From NCBI GenBank assembly GCA_026770705.1, contig JANJGN010000021.1, positions 88,970,001 to 89,034,000 on the forward strand: a stretch of 64,000 bases of DNA, in the 5' to 3' direction. A program made the position numbers and the translations under genes. The notes below the pieces were generated by a model. The model was not told the DNA's origin and did not search any database. It saw nothing but the letters and a program-made list of their open reading frames with translations. This document shows, piece after piece, positions 62,310 through 64,000 of this stretch (position 1 is the stretch's first letter; each line of letters starts with the position of its first letter). The DNA comes from Isurus oxyrinchus (lineage: Eukaryota).

Positions 62310-62783
62310 GACAAAAGCAAAAAACTGCGGATTCTGGAAATCCAAGCAAAAACACAAATACCTGGAAAACCTCAGCAGGTCTGAAAGCATCAGCGGAGAG
62401 GAACACAGTTAACGTTTCGAGTCCGTATGACTCTTCAACAGAACTAAGGAACAATAGAAAAGTGGTGAAAGAGAAACTGAGCTAAGGTGGGTGGTGGGGG
62501 GTTGGGGGGGAGTGGTGGGGTGTTGGGTCAGGTAGAGCTGGATAGAGGGCCAGTGATAGATGGAGATAACCAAAAGATGTCATATACCAAAGGACAAAGA
62601 TGTGTTGAAGGTCGTGATATTATCTGAGGAATGTGATAATAGGTGACATTAAGGTTAGAAAGCAGGACGAGCAAGGTTCAGAAAGGCCTAGTGAGGGTGG
62701 GGTGGGGGGGGGGGAAGGGATCGAAAGAGGCTAAAAGGTAGAGATAAAACAATGGATGGAAAAACATTTTAAAATAATGGAGA
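62310..62783 (-). mobile_element. Penelope-like terminus (duplicate of 54238-54680) with hammerhead fold at 62407-62445
   Basis: Reverse complement AGUU-CUGUUGA-A-GAGUC(AUACG)GACUC-GAAA-CGUU-AACU. Confidence 0.85.
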
Positions 62784-62976
62784 TAAAAACAAAAAAACTG
62801 CGGATGCTGGAAATCCAAAACAAAAACAGAATTACCTGGAAAAACTCAGCAGGTCTGGCAGCATCGGCGGAGAAGAAAAGAGTTGACGTTTCGAGTCCTC
62901 ATGGCCCTTCGACAGAACTTGAGTTCGAGTCCAAGAAAGAGTTGAAATATAAGCTGGTTTAAGGTGTGTGTGTGTC

Positions 62977-63023
<47 letters not shown>

Positions 63024-64000
63024 CGGGGGGGGGGGGGGCGGAGAGAGAGAGAAAGAGAGAGAGAAGTGGAGGGGGGTGTGTGGTTGTAGGGACAAACAAG
63101 CAGTGATAGAAGCAGATCATCAAAAGATGTCAACAACAATAGAACAAAAGAACACATAGGTGTTAAAGTTGGTGATATTATCTAAACGAATGTGCTAAAA
63201 CGCCTCAACCCCTTCCTATGGCACCACCCCATGCCCACGCAAAAGTTGCAACACCTGCCCCTTCACTTCCTCTCTCCTCACCGTCCAAGGGCCCAAATAC
63301 TCCTTTCAAGTGAAGCAGCATTTCACTTGCATTTCCCCCAACTTAGTCTACTGCATTCGTTGCTCCCAATGTGGTCTCCTCTACATTGGAGAGACCAAAC
63401 GTAAACTGGGCGACCACTTTGCAGAACACCTGCGGTCTGTCCGCAAGAATGACCCAAACCTCCCTGTCACTTGCCATTTTAACACTCCACCTTGCTCTCT
63501 TGCCCACATGTCTGTCCTTGGCTTGCTGCATTGTTCCAGTGAAGCCCAACGCAAACTGGAGGAACAACACCTCATCTTCCGACTAGGCACTTTACAGCCT
63601 TCCGGACTGAATATTGAATTCAACAACTTTAGGTCTTGAGCTCCCTCCTCCATCCCCACCCCCTTTCTGTTTCCCCTTTCCTTTTTTTTCAATAAATTAT
63701 ATAGATTTTTCTTTTCCCACCTATTTCCATTATTTTTAAATATCTTTGAATCTTTTATGCTCCCCCAACCCCCACTAGAGCTATACCTTGAGTGCCCTAC
63801 CATCCATTCTTAATTAGCACATTCGTTTAGATAATATCACCAACTTTAACACCTATGTGTTCTTTTGTTCTATTGTTGTTGACATATTTTGATGATCTGC
63901 TTCTATCACTGCTTGTTTGTCCCTACAACCACACCCCCCCCCTCCACTTCTCTCTCTCTCCGCACCCCCCCCCCCCCCCACTCCCCCCACCCTCCCCAAC
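62784..64000. mobile_element. Young Penelope-like insertion with inverted terminal segment (- 62784-63197, + 63198-64000)
   Basis: Intact GIY-YIG frame 63310-63639; 63075-63197 is the reverse complement of about 63815-63940; hammerhead fold at 62881-62919 (-). Confidence 0.9.

Overview
Eukaryotic, repeat-dominated window. The CR1/L2 LINEs, Deu-type and tRNA-derived SINEs, Penelope-like elements (PLEs) and Harbinger-like DNA transposons fit a cartilaginous fish (shark) genome; this is an inference. Host content is a tandem pair of small + strand Ig-superfamily genes (leader exons 45964-46039 and 57528-57603, V-set exons 49714-50106 and 58856-59248, downstream stalk/TM exons near 53162 and 61261). 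The V domain is CD2/CEACAM/HEPACAM/VSTM5-type: it lacks the B-F disulfide but has an unusual internal Cys pair. An Arg-containing, FcRgamma-type transmembrane segment is present but lies out of frame with the strongest acceptor in both copies. A 4.2-kb indel-free 15-bp satellite built from two monomer types, with higher-order duplications, occupies 36131-40357. PLE termini across the window carry minimal hammerhead-ribozyme folds, and the youngest copies have a non-canonical CUGUCGA core. Two related Harbinger-like elements carry an unrecognised convergent ORF where the nuclease is expected. Most ORFs in the supplied track are TE fragments or low-complexity artefacts. Repeat boundaries are read by eye and approximate unless a target-site duplication (TSD) is quoted.
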